Assembly (NCBI GenBank): GCA_964636085.1
Contig: CAZWPQ010000009.1
Span: 43,387 to 66,990 of the forward strand
DNA length: 23,604 nt
Direction of reading: 5' to 3'
Source of the DNA: an uncultured Nitrososphaerota archaeon
Lineage (GTDB): Archaea > Asgardarchaeota > Njordarchaeia > Njordarchaeales > Panguiarchaeaceae
The position numbers and the translations under genes were made by a program. Below are positions 1 to 9,412 of this stretch, one piece after another; the stretch's first letter is position 1; the number at the start of each line of letters is the position of its first letter. The notes beneath the pieces were generated by a model. It saw only the letters and a list, made by a program, of their open reading frames with translations. It was not told where the DNA came from and ran no database searches.

Positions 1-149
1 TATTCGGGTAGAACAAAGTGCTCTCTCGGTACTCTAAGGAAAGCATCTATATATTTTTTGTCCACTAGACCCATCCTCCTAAAAAAATCAGCCAACTTAA
101 GTTTATCCCTCTGAAGCTTTTTCCAAATTTCTTTATTTAAACGCGCCAT
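1..149 (-). CDS. pcm: Protein-L-isoaspartate O-methyltransferase, N-terminal part (runs off left edge)
   Basis: Own translation from ATG at 149: MARLNKEIWKKLQRDKLKLADFFRRMGLVDKKYIDAFLRVPREHFVLPE. AFxxVPRExF is the typical PCMT N-terminal motif. Not in the ORF track. Confidence 0.8.
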   Translation of the reverse strand, partial: MARLNKEIWKKLQRDKLKLADFFRRMGLVDKKYIDAFLRVPREHFVLPE

Positions 150-174
150 TTCAATATTTTCCCTCGGATTGTTT

Positions 175-681
175 CTATATGCTCTCCCTCATCACTTCAT
201 CATAAAGCCCCTTCTCCTTCAATATATCTTCCAAATTTTTGATCACATCTCTAGGATCCTTCCCCTCAATCTTTATGCCCATAGATACACATGTGCCTAT
301 TACTTGCTTTACACATGCCAAGAAATTCTTTGCAATCATGTCCTTCTTCTTTATCCTCGCTATCTCTATAATTTGCTTTAGACTTAGATCACCAACATAC
401 TCGGATCCTGGTTTCCCCGACCCTTTTTCCACTCCTGCGTATTTAAGTATAAGGGCTGACGTATATGGCGTACCTACCTCTATCTCATATTCTCTTGTGT
501 CTGGATCATATGTTATCTTTACGGGTACACGCATTCCCTTAAATTCCGCCGTCATTTTATTTATCTCGGCAACTACCTTACCGACGGGGAGCCCTCGTTG
601 TCCTAATGCAGGACCTAGTGGAGGACCAGGAGTAGCCTCCCCACCTTTTACTAAGAATGTCAATGTTTCTTTCTTTCCCAT
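175..681 (-). CDS. rpl11: 50S ribosomal protein L11 (uL11)
   Basis: GGEATPGPPLGPALG, GVEKGSG and GTCVSMG motifs. ATG at 681 follows an SD-like GGGTGG. Confidence 0.97.
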   Translation of the reverse strand: MGKKETLTFLVKGGEATPGPPLGPALGQRGLPVGKVVAEINKMTAEFKGMRVPVKITYDPDTREYEIEVGTPYTSALILKYAGVEKGSGKPGSEYVGDLSLKQIIEIARIKKKDMIAKNFLACVKQVIGTCVSMGIKIEGKDPRDVIKNLEDILKEKGLYDEVMRESI

Positions 682-874
682 GTTTACCACCCTAGACCCG
701 ATATAATTTTTTTCTATATATTATTATATGCGACTATTTAATTCCTCAGCCGCACTTATCCCTCACTTTGAACAACCCGCATATTTATGAGCATAATATT
801 CTGAAGTATCTCTCGATATTTCTCCCCCTTTAAAGTTTCCTACGCCACTATATTTTGCTTAGTTGGGATAAAAA

Positions 875-1285
875 ATGAAATTGAGACTCAACAAGTCAAC
901 ATTAGAGACGCTCAGGAGATTAGGCGTGCAGGGGTTAAGTATAATAGAGTTTGATGAACATCTAGGCCCCGTGCCAAAATTCGTATATTCTAAACACTCG
1001 CGGCTTATTCGACGTATTTTACGGGACAGGATATTCTCATCCAAGGTTTCTATATTGGCAAAGTATGCATGTGAAGCAAGATTAATAGATGATCTCCATA
1101 TTGTTGTTGAGAGCTTTGAGAGTTATGGAAGGAGATTAAAAACTAATTATATAATAGCACAATTGTCTGAGGACGCCAACATCGTCAGAATTAGGCAGGT
1201 TCTTCGACGGTTGAAAAGAAGATTAGATGGATGTAGGGAAATAAGGAAAGACATTATTGAGAGGTATCTCATGGAAATCCTATAG
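875..1285 (+). CDS. Small uDENN/longin-like domain protein (putative)
   Basis: 136 aa. Hydrophobic strand followed by FDEHLGP (LSIIEFDEHLGPVPKFVYS), the F-D-x-x-x-G-P signature of uDENN/NPR2/C9orf72-type longin domains. Stop shares the palindromic CTATAG (1280-1285) with the convergent gene. Confidence 0.55.
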   Translation: MKLRLNKSTLETLRRLGVQGLSIIEFDEHLGPVPKFVYSKHSRLIRRILRDRIFSSKVSILAKYACEARLIDDLHIVVESFESYGRRLKTNYIIAQLSEDANIVRIRQVLRRLKRRLDGCREIRKDIIERYLMEIL

Positions 1286-2752
1286 CTTGTCCTGGAATTT
1301 TTTGACGAAATTGAAAATCTCTATATAGTCATCAGGGGTCAACTTCACTTTTTTGCCTCTTATTATGTCGAACCATATCTCAACAATACTACGTAGCTTT
1401 TCAATATCACCCACAAGGTCTGGACGTCGTTTTTGTATGGCTTCAAGGATGCCATCCCACTTTTCTTGTCTTATCCCTAGCCTAAATTTTATGGTTCTAC
1501 GAAGATTATCAATTATTATCTTAAATGCTTCTCGATATCCACCCCTATACATGTACCAAAGATATCTTCCATAGTAAGGCGAAGTCCCAGTCTTCTTTAC
1601 TGATGACTTAAATATCTTCACCTTAGTTTTGAACCGCCTAGGCAAATAGTAGACAAAAAACATCATAAATATTATCGGTATTAGTGGAGCGATTATCCAA
1701 TACCTTGTAAAGGATGTAATGACTTTCATTGCGAGAGCCAGACCAAATAATGGATTATCTGGAGTAAATGCCTTTCTGGATTCATCAAATACAATTATCC
1801 TAGATTTCGAGCCAAAAGCTAGCCAATCGATCAATCTTTGTGCAAATTCTTTATTATCGAACCCTTCTTCATCTGCTATTGAGAGGACCTCATTCGTAAA
1901 TATGTCGGGATCACCTATTATTGCTATTCTGCCTCCGTTTGGAATTTCTATCGTAATACCCAAAGAAAAGGGTATTCCTCCCCACTCGTCGTAATCGGGG
2001 GCGGCCTCCCCATCCATTATGCTATCAATGTTTGTTTCTAACCAGCTAAAAGGAGTCGTTGTCATAAACCCCAACTCAGAAGGTAGCGGGGTGATAAACC
2101 TTTTTTCCGTACCATTCTCACATTTTACCTCCATATCTACAGAGATCGATACTGCAAATTTTGTTAATACCTTCCTAACATGGCCTGATAGTATTCCATA
2201 ATAATCATTGAAATTCCTTACAACAACATATGCTGGGTTCCGCCAATATGACCCAGCATCCATTACAACGGCAGATGTGTTAAAATATATCATGAAGCTC
2301 TTAACACTAACACCAGAACCAAACGATCCACCGAACAAACTTATGACTGCTTGCTCAGCGGGAATCATCCTCCATATCCACTGGAGAAGAGTATTCGCTC
2401 TACCAAAGTCATCAGCTATAAGTATACTAGAGCCATTTTGTAGGAGGGACAATATGGTTAATGCTGATTGTTCATCATATTTCAGAGAAGGCCCTATAAT
2501 GACATAAACTATTCTTGTTCCTATATTTATGGCAGATTCGGGATCCGAAATTATTAACTTTGTATCATAGCCTTCATCCTCGATCAATTTTTTCAATTCG
2601 TATAATCCTTTCTCATTCTTAGAGGTAACAGAGTAAGGAGTTATAGGATAATACCCCGCTCGCATTAATAGAGCAGTAATAGCCGATGAAATTGTCAGAA
2701 AAGTAAACAAAACTAAACTGAACTTCGCAACTCTAGTCGCCCATGACGCGAT
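1280..2752 (-). CDS. DUF4350-type (GldG-like) membrane-anchored protein
   Basis: N-terminal TM, PYS..N..GL..L..L motif, GSSILIADDFG, GRIAIIGDPDIFTN..DN..F...LIDWL, IVFDES, then TM segment(s) and a cytoplasmic helical domain. Start uncertain: ATC 2752 behind a good SD, or TTG 2710. Confidence 0.75.
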   Translation of the reverse strand: MASWATRVAKFSLVLFTFLTISSAITALLMRAGYYPITPYSVTSKNEKGLYELKKLIEDEGYDTKLIISDPESAINIGTRIVYVIIGPSLKYDEQSALTILSLLQNGSSILIADDFGRANTLLQWIWRMIPAEQAVISLFGGSFGSGVSVKSFMIYFNTSAVVMDAGSYWRNPAYVVVRNFNDYYGILSGHVRKVLTKFAVSISVDMEVKCENGTEKRFITPLPSELGFMTTTPFSWLETNIDSIMDGEAAPDYDEWGGIPFSLGITIEIPNGGRIAIIGDPDIFTNEVLSIADEEGFDNKEFAQRLIDWLAFGSKSRIIVFDESRKAFTPDNPLFGLALAMKVITSFTRYWIIAPLIPIIFMMFFVYYLPRRFKTKVKIFKSSVKKTGTSPYYGRYLWYMYRGGYREAFKIIIDNLRRTIKFRLGIRQEKWDGILEAIQKRRPDLVGDIEKLRSIVEIWFDIIRGKKVKLTPDDYIEIFNFVKKFQDKL

Positions 2753-2758
2753 TTTGCC

Positions 2759-3709
2759 TCACCCTAGCTTTTTCTCTATAGATCTGGCCAACTCGTTTAA
2801 TAGGGAGTGCCATACATCAAAATCAATACTGCTCATCAATATTGTTCTTGCATAGGGCCCTCCATAGTTTAGGAGCTCATATATCGCCACCATATTTTTT
2901 AAGATATTATATGCGTCCTCCTCTAACACCCCCTCTAGGGCCATTGCTCTCTCTTGTATAGGCGCACCTACCTTAGGTATAATTCCCAATTCACGGCACA
3001 GACTGTCAATAAGCTCCCTGACCAAAAGAACAAAGTTTATATCTCTGCGTCTCGCCTGTTCTGTCATTGCGGTTAAAATTTCTCTCCACATAGGAGCCCC
3101 CATTCTTGCCTTTTCCCTCCTCATGATCTGTCTTAATGACATCATTGCACTTGAAGCCATCATTATTAACAATAGGGCAATAACAACGTATGCCTTAGAA
3201 TCCCCACCTTCTCTCTCGTATGTAACCATTTCGATTGTTATGGTAGCCTTATAATAAATTCTTGTCGGGCCATAACCCTTATCCACAGAGCCTGGGTAGT
3301 ATACAGTGAAATACACCACTCCTTCGGGAAATGTCATATCCACAAATATTCTAAAATAAAAATCTCCGTCACTTCCTGTCGTACATTCAGAGATCAATTC
3401 TGATTCCTCCTCGGACTTGTTTAGATATAGATATACTTTCTCGTTACTTACGGGTATCTCTTCCCCCCCTTCCGTAACGACTAGTTTGCCAGTTATCTCG
3501 ATGTAATCCTCCCCCTTCACAAATGTGCCAAGATCAATAATCTCTTTACTATCCGCCAAGTATTTACTTTGGCTGTAACTATTCCCTATGTGAGAATAAA
3601 TCCCATGTATGTGTGTCATAAAAAATAAGAAAATTGTAGCTACCAGAATCATTGCAAGTACTATATTGTTCCTACACACTTTAATAGTCCCCAAACTACT
3701 AGAGCTCAC
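2759..3709 (-). CDS. Membrane protein: signal peptide, Ig-like domain, TM helix, DUF4129-like cytoplasmic domain
   Basis: Hydrophobic N-terminus; Ig-like pattern ITGKL...PVSNEKVYLY...TTGSDGDFYF...YYPG; TM AYVVIALLLIMMA; helical C-terminus. Start may be GTG 3679. The DUF4129 call is by context only. Confidence 0.6.
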   Translation of the reverse strand: MSSSSLGTIKVCRNNIVLAMILVATIFLFFMTHIHGIYSHIGNSYSQSKYLADSKEIIDLGTFVKGEDYIEITGKLVVTEGGEEIPVSNEKVYLYLNKSEEESELISECTTGSDGDFYFRIFVDMTFPEGVVYFTVYYPGSVDKGYGPTRIYYKATITIEMVTYEREGGDSKAYVVIALLLIMMASSAMMSLRQIMRREKARMGAPMWREILTAMTEQARRRDINFVLLVRELIDSLCRELGIIPKVGAPIQERAMALEGVLEEDAYNILKNMVAIYELLNYGGPYARTILMSSIDFDVWHSLLNELARSIEKKLG

Positions 3710-5909
3710 CTTGGTATATAACTTGTGTACCAGTCATTTTTATTATCCCAACTTTAGCTAGGTTTTGTAATTCTCTTAGTAGTAAGTGTTTAGGCATACC
3801 AAGTGCCCTTGCTAATAAATCTATTGACGCCCTTCTTAGGGCCCTTATCTGGAGATATATCTGCCCCATGGGAGTTTCGGATAGCACTGCTCTTAGCTCT
3901 TCGGGTTCCCTCTTTAGGGTCTCAAATCTCTGGGATAATTCATTATATCGCTCGGTTGCTATTCTTAACTGCTCCTTGAGCTTAAGATTTTCTTCTTGCA
4001 GTTTCTTAAACTCCTTACTGGACACCGTTACGCCTTTCTTATACTCCGCTATTTGGGACTGAAGGATTTTTATCTGGTCCTCATAGACTTTTAAAGTTGC
4101 CTCTAATTCCCCAATCCTCCTAGTTTTTGTCTGTAATTCATTTCTTAGCTTCAATAACTCGTCCTTCATCGATTCAAGCAATTTCCTATATTCCTCTAAG
4201 GATATCTCCGCTGATGGTTTCTCCTCGGCCTTACCCATTATTTCACGCAATGACGTTATTTCCTCCTTTAGTGCCTCCATGGAAGCCATCATTCCCTCAA
4301 GCTCCTCTATTTTTCTCTTTAGACTGTCTATTTCCCTGTCTTTTTCGGCTAGCTTCTCCTCATAGAGTTGCTTTATTCTTTCGAAACCACTAAACTCGGC
4401 TAGCTTAGACTGCAATTCTGTCAATTTTTTCCTTAACTGTTCAATTTCAGTATTTCTTTTAGCAAGCTCATTCTGAAGTAGTTTATACTTCTCTATGATG
4501 GCCATGTATTCCGAGTATAACTCATTGTATCTCTTCGCGATTTCTGATTCGCTTTCAAGTTGAGATATTGTGGCCTTCAATTCACTTATTATCCTATCCT
4601 TCTCCGCAAGCTTGGCCTCGTATACCTCCCTTATTTTTTCCGCACTTCTTAGCTCGGTAATTTGTGTTCTTAGCTCATCCAATGTTTTTCGAAGTTTTTC
4701 ATTTTCCTCTTTCAACTGTTCAATTTCACGTTGGAATATCTTGTTCTGCTCGGTGGCTTGAACGTATTTTGTGTATATTTCTTCATATCGCCTCATTATG
4801 TCGCTTGACCCCACCATTGTCTCTAGCTGATGCTTTAATTCGGCGATTATTCTGTCTTTTTCTGCCAGCTTTGCCTCGTAAAGCTTTTTGGTTTCCTCAA
4901 ATCCTTTTAGTTCTACCAACTTCATCTCTAGATCCTTTATTTTCTTCTCTAGCTCTATCATTCTCTCCGTTTTTTCTTTTAGCTCTTCCTGCAATTTTTT
5001 GTTTTCCTCCACAATTTTCTTGAATTCCTCTAATTTCTCAGCTGGAACCGCTTTTTCTCTCATTTCATGCTCAAGTCTTTCTATTTTCTGATTTAGTTCA
5101 CTAATGATTTTTTCCTTTTCACCCAGTACTTTTTCATATTTCTCCGTTAGCTCAGAAACTTTAGCTTTTAGCTCTTCATTTTCGCTTCTGAGGTTGTCTA
5201 CTATATCATTTAGCTCCTCTAACTGTCTTTTTAGGGTTCTATTCTCTTGAAGTAAATTTTCTACATCCTCCACTTCTTCCGTAGATGCAGAGAGATCCCT
5301 CAAGACCGTGGTATACTCTAGGAGCCACTTCTCGTACGCCTCACGAAGCCCGGATAATCTCGATGTGAGTTCATTTAACCGCGATAATAACTCCCGATAG
5401 AATGGTTCGAGTGGAGCTATGGCACCTTCAAATATTTCTGGCTCCTTTGCCTTTAACTCCCTCTCGACAATGTCCCTGTATGAGGCCTCCAGTTTCCTTC
5501 TTAGATGAGTTAAACCAATTTTTGATACAAATGCTAGGGCTATACTATTTCCTAATTCTTTTACATGTTTTCTAATAGTTAACAGCTGATTCCTAATAGC
5601 CTCCTTAAAACTTTCTCGAGAGGTTTTTATAACATCGTTCATCTTTGCTATGGTCTCGTTTATTTGTTCCCTCATAATCTCCGCTGGCGATATTTTGTCC
5701 ATTGGTACTTCTTCGAGCATAGGTTGTATTTCCTCTGGTATCTCGATTCTCTCCATGACTATCTGTTCGATTCCTTCTGATACTTCCCTAGCTCTAATAT
5801 CTGCACGAGCCGCAGAAAGATATTTTTTCATTACCTCGTCGGCCATTCTATCAAGTTCTTCATCTATAGATTCATCGCCACTTTGATCAGATTTTTCTTC
5901 CTCCGCCAA
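3699..5909 (-). CDS. Long coiled-coil protein with internal 86-aa repeats and C-terminal winged-helix domain
   Basis: E/K/L-rich heptads over about 500 aa, no Walker A, so not SMC. C-terminus GQIYLQIRALRRASIDLLARALGMPKHLLLRELQNLAKVGIIKMTGTQVIY has a wHTH pattern. Confidence 0.75.
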   Translation of the reverse strand: MAEEEKSDQSGDESIDEELDRMADEVMKKYLSAARADIRAREVSEGIEQIVMERIEIPEEIQPMLEEVPMDKISPAEIMREQINETIAKMNDVIKTSRESFKEAIRNQLLTIRKHVKELGNSIALAFVSKIGLTHLRRKLEASYRDIVERELKAKEPEIFEGAIAPLEPFYRELLSRLNELTSRLSGLREAYEKWLLEYTTVLRDLSASTEEVEDVENLLQENRTLKRQLEELNDIVDNLRSENEELKAKVSELTEKYEKVLGEKEKIISELNQKIERLEHEMREKAVPAEKLEEFKKIVEENKKLQEELKEKTERMIELEKKIKDLEMKLVELKGFEETKKLYEAKLAEKDRIIAELKHQLETMVGSSDIMRRYEEIYTKYVQATEQNKIFQREIEQLKEENEKLRKTLDELRTQITELRSAEKIREVYEAKLAEKDRIISELKATISQLESESEIAKRYNELYSEYMAIIEKYKLLQNELAKRNTEIEQLRKKLTELQSKLAEFSGFERIKQLYEEKLAEKDREIDSLKRKIEELEGMMASMEALKEEITSLREIMGKAEEKPSAEISLEEYRKLLESMKDELLKLRNELQTKTRRIGELEATLKVYEDQIKILQSQIAEYKKGVTVSSKEFKKLQEENLKLKEQLRIATERYNELSQRFETLKREPEELRAVLSETPMGQIYLQIRALRRASIDLLARALGMPKHLLLRELQNLAKVGIIKMTGTQVIYQGEL
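4290..5160 (-). repeat. Intragenic degenerate tandem repeat, 258-nt (86-codon) period
   Basis: The Tyr codons of YEEKLAEKDR, YEAKLAEKDR, YEAKLAEKDR and YEKVLGEKEK start at 4364, 4622, 4880 and 5138, exactly 258 nt apart. Confidence 0.85.
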
Positions 5910-5980
5910 CTAGTACACCAACAGCAAAACAATATTCACATATAAATTTAAAACAAGTAAAAATATAAATGAAACAAGAA

Positions 5981-6008
5981 TTAGTAAAAAGTTATGCTTT
6001 ACTAAAAA
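5981..6008 (-). terminator. Possible MCM terminator (AT-rich inverted repeat and T-tracts)
   Basis: TTAGTAAA (5981-5988) and TTTACTAA (5998-6005) form an inverted repeat; minus-strand T-runs lie just downstream of the MCM stop. Confidence 0.35.
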
Positions 6009-6024
6009 ACTCAATAGGAAGCCG

Positions 6025-8127
6025 CTACTCAATAAATTTTATCTTTCCTGGGCTAGGTTCAAATAAGGACACAAATTTCTCCTTTTGTATAACACTCCTC
6101 ACAAATTCCTTTGATATGTTTTTGGCTCCACATCGCTTATATATCTCGCTTATTGGAACTCCATCGGGATACTCCTCCTGTAGCTTCCTTATAAGATCAA
6201 GCACAAAACGATATCTAGACCGACGCGATAATGTCTCGCCTGTATATATTGCCCCCGCATCTATAACCCCCGCCTCTATATCATAGGCCACCTGTTTGAG
6301 GCTCTCATTCATTAATTGTATTGCAAACATTGCATCATCTTCATCAGCTTCTTCTTTAAGAAGCATTCTTGCATGGGCTTCTGTAAGTCTTATCAGTGCT
6401 TCCAGATGTCTAGGAGTTATAGGTACAGGATGCAGCTCCAAATGTGACTGCCTATATTTTGATGCCGAACTTCGCATCATCAGATAGAACTCCTTAATTT
6501 TCTCAATCGCCTCCTTAGTCAATCTAGGATGAATATATTCTCTCGCATACATCACCATTTTTTTAAAGAAATCGGGTGGAATTGGAGGGATAACATCCTT
6601 TATCCTTCCATGCAACTGCAATATGTGTTCCGCTAATTGCTTATCCTTTTCATCATCTGGCACATCCCTCAACACAAAAATTAGATCGAATCTAGATAAT
6701 ATTGTCGGCGGTAAGTCAAGATTTTCCCTAAGTCCCCTATCAGGGTAATACCTACCATACCGCGGATTAGCCGCTGCCAAGACACTAGCCCTAGCATTGA
6801 GAGTAGCAACGATGCCAGCCTTAGCGATAGATACTGTTTGTTGTTCTAGGGCCTCATGAATGCTCCTACGATCCTCATCCCGCATCTTGTCGAACTCATC
6901 AATACACGCAATACCCTTGTCACAGAGAACCAAAACACCAGCCTCTAGGGCCCATCCATCCTCAGTCCTTATGACTGCAGCCGTTAATCCTGCAGCGGTG
7001 GTACCTTTTCCGCTGGTATAGAGAGCTCTAGGGGCAAGGTTAGCAACATATTTAAGTAATTGAGACTTGGCTGTACCAGGATCGCCAAGAAGAAGTATAT
7101 GAATATCGCCACGAACCCTAGTGCCATCAGGATATACTTTTTGAACCCCACCAAAGAGTTGAGCCGCAATGGCCTTCTTTATTATCTCCATCCCATAAAC
7201 AGAGGGGCATATACTGGCATAGATTTTCTGCTCTAAATTAGGGTCATTTTTTAATGATAGTATTTGCTCAATCTCAGATTCTGTAAGCATTATTTCTTCT
7301 TGCTCTGTTTCAGGTTTATCTATATATACGGCTTCTACATATGTTTTAAAAAGTGGTTTCCTACCCTCTGTCAGCTTTCTTTCGGGCATCACTAAAATAA
7401 TCCCAGTTATCTTTATTCTGTCCCCAGGTCTTACCTTATCCACCAAGTCACCAAAAACTATAACACTACATGATTCTGGCAGTTTTCCAGCAGGAAGTTC
7501 CTCGGGCAACTCCTGCACTATTAATTCCTGATATTCCTCAAACTCTTTTCCTTCGCTCAACAATATAAACTTATTCTGATTTGTGTTGCTACAGTCAGGA
7601 AAAGGACAACTTCGAGGCCTAGAATAGAATTCGTCACTTTCAAAGAGGAAAGTTCTATTGCATTCTCTACACAGCCACATTGATCTCCGCATGAATTGCT
7701 TTACTTGAGACACACGCACGACAAGAGCTCTAAATTCTACAAGTCTTCCAATCAACAAGCTGGTAAAAATATCCCGTATTGGGACTTCGTGACCTATATC
7801 CTTTATTCTGACCCTATAGCGCCGTATGACTTCATCAGGAACATCTCCATGGATCTCTCTAAGCATTTTCCAGAGGGTATGCGTAAAGATCTTTAGTATC
7901 TCTTTTGGTCTCAGCAATAGTTGCCTTGCAAGAGTTGGATTCCTAATGACTAAATCTGGATATGAAATAGTTAGACTTGTTATTTTCTCATCAAAGATTA
8001 TCTGAAGCAACTTAAGATATGGAAATATAGGGAGGCCTTTGTTATCGACAGTAGAAAAATTATTCACAAAATCCCTAAATCCCTGTTCGATCTCCTCATA
8101 TGTAAAGACTTCTCCAGCCTCAGACAT
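6025..8127 (-). CDS. mcm: Replicative helicase MCM
   Basis: Zn finger CRECN...CPFPDC, Walker A GDPGTAKS, Walker B CIDEFDKM, arginine finger SRFD, PITPR sensor 2, C-terminal WH. No intein. SD GAGTGA 6 nt before ATG. Confidence 0.98.
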   Translation of the reverse strand: MSEAGEVFTYEEIEQGFRDFVNNFSTVDNKGLPIFPYLKLLQIIFDEKITSLTISYPDLVIRNPTLARQLLLRPKEILKIFTHTLWKMLREIHGDVPDEVIRRYRVRIKDIGHEVPIRDIFTSLLIGRLVEFRALVVRVSQVKQFMRRSMWLCRECNRTFLFESDEFYSRPRSCPFPDCSNTNQNKFILLSEGKEFEEYQELIVQELPEELPAGKLPESCSVIVFGDLVDKVRPGDRIKITGIILVMPERKLTEGRKPLFKTYVEAVYIDKPETEQEEIMLTESEIEQILSLKNDPNLEQKIYASICPSVYGMEIIKKAIAAQLFGGVQKVYPDGTRVRGDIHILLLGDPGTAKSQLLKYVANLAPRALYTSGKGTTAAGLTAAVIRTEDGWALEAGVLVLCDKGIACIDEFDKMRDEDRRSIHEALEQQTVSIAKAGIVATLNARASVLAAANPRYGRYYPDRGLRENLDLPPTILSRFDLIFVLRDVPDDEKDKQLAEHILQLHGRIKDVIPPIPPDFFKKMVMYAREYIHPRLTKEAIEKIKEFYLMMRSSASKYRQSHLELHPVPITPRHLEALIRLTEAHARMLLKEEADEDDAMFAIQLMNESLKQVAYDIEAGVIDAGAIYTGETLSRRSRYRFVLDLIRKLQEEYPDGVPISEIYKRCGAKNISKEFVRSVIQKEKFVSLFEPSPGKIKFIE

Positions 8128-8204
8128 GTCAAATCACTCGGTTGTAATACTCCACCACCACGGAATTACACACTCTATAATAGTTAGTAATTCATGAATC
8201 CTAC

Positions 8205-8255
8205 TTTATTTTTCTTTCTTTTTTAAAAATAGAATAAGAGTTAAAGAAAAATAAA
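8205..8255. repeat. 13-bp perfect AT-rich inverted repeat
   Basis: TTTATTTTTCTTT (8205-8217) and AAAGAAAAATAAA (8243-8255) with a 25-nt spacer. The right arm doubles as the U-rich terminator of the 8261 gene. Confidence 0.5.
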
Positions 8256-8260
8256 AAACT

Positions 8261-9412
8261 TCACCTTTTCTGTCTCTTCGATATTAACAGCCCCAGATAA
8301 TAAAATATTAACGAGACAAATGCAAAGATAAGAACGATGAAAGCTGGGCTCTGAGCTTCCGCAACGTCAGGATAAATAGATCCAATGACATCAGCCAGGG
8401 CAAGTGTAATTAATGTTAAAATGACGCATAGGGGAAGCTTAAAAAATAAATTAAGTATTATTGAAAGAATCATTCTCTCAAAATGTGGGGCAGCCTTTGA
8501 CCCAAACAACAGTCTCATTACATCCTTATCCCGCCTCTCTTCCAACTTTAAAAACCCCAAAACTTTCCCAGAGAGTTCTTCTGTTGTTTCCTCCAAGGCA
8601 TATATGCCAGTATACCCCCTAAGCAGCAATTCGGCAAGCGGACTAAATCTAAGACCTCCACCTTCCTCCATAGAAATGGGCGTCTCAATACTTGATTCAT
8701 AGCTTGTCCTACCGTAAAATAATGACTCTATCGTCTTTTTCATCCTTATGGTTTTTGTCCTATAACGATCTATTACATGGGCAGCATAAGCTAAATTTCC
8801 ACAAACCTCTATAACCAAAAAAGTAAACGCCGCCAGTATCACAAAGCTGTTAAATATTACTTCGCCTAGACTATGTGGTGGCCATGGATAAACTCTCATT
8901 TGAGCCTGACCAATTGCCTCAAGACCCGTCAACGCAAACAATGATAAGGCTACTGCCCACATGAAATGTGCTATACTTCCGCGAACAATAAAACTTATAT
9001 TCAATATAAAAGCAATTATTAGGAGAAAGGCAAGAAAACCGGCTACCACTTCTAGAAAAGTCACTCCTACTTGTCCCTTACTTAAAGCAAACAACCTTGA
9101 TGCATCAACCCTTATAATCGATGACACATAACTAATCGAAATCATATATGCTGTTGTTTCGGATTGTATCCTCGCCAGATAAAGACAAACTACCACGAAA
9201 CCATAGACAATGAGCACAAGCGAAAAAACAATCATATCCCTAACTAATAACATGAGCTTATAGCATGAATCCCAAACAACCCCGCTAGCAAATTTAGATA
9301 TGTACCATAGATATGAAAAGACAAAAAATGCCATGATGGCTTTGAAAAGTATATATTTTACCACCAATTCCCTATTCAGTTTTTCAAGCTGACTAATATA
9401 GGCACGCATCAT
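8261..9412 (-). CDS. Polytopic membrane protein of unknown function, coupled to the DUF58 gene
   Basis: Roughly 6 N-terminal and 2-3 C-terminal hydrophobic segments around a soluble loop. ATGA overlap with the upstream gene at 9409-9412. Confidence 0.7.
   Translation of the reverse strand: MMRAYISQLEKLNRELVVKYILFKAIMAFFVFSYLWYISKFASGVVWDSCYKLMLLVRDMIVFSLVLIVYGFVVVCLYLARIQSETTAYMISISYVSSIIRVDASRLFALSKGQVGVTFLEVVAGFLAFLLIIAFILNISFIVRGSIAHFMWAVALSLFALTGLEAIGQAQMRVYPWPPHSLGEVIFNSFVILAAFTFLVIEVCGNLAYAAHVIDRYRTKTIRMKKTIESLFYGRTSYESSIETPISMEEGGGLRFSPLAELLLRGYTGIYALEETTEELSGKVLGFLKLEERRDKDVMRLLFGSKAAPHFERMILSIILNLFFKLPLCVILTLITLALADVIGSIYPDVAEAQSPAFIVLIFAFVSLIFYYLGLLISKRQKR

Noticed and set aside
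735-805. Possible second C/D sRNA (minus-strand GTGAGGGA...CTGA) and imperfect palindrome at 781-799 in the rpl11 divergent spacer
   Set aside because: No recognisable RUGAUGA C box at the proper distance; the palindrome is short and AT-rich.
2759-2761. Selenocysteine at the in-frame UGA
   Set aside because: No redox motif context and no SECIS recognised; the SD-ATC explanation is simpler.
3699-5909. SMC/Rad50 call
   Set aside because: No Walker A/B, signature motif or hinge.
8128-8260. Replication origin next to mcm
   Set aside because: Only 133 bp, no ORB-like repeats with G-strings, and no orc1/cdc6 in the window.
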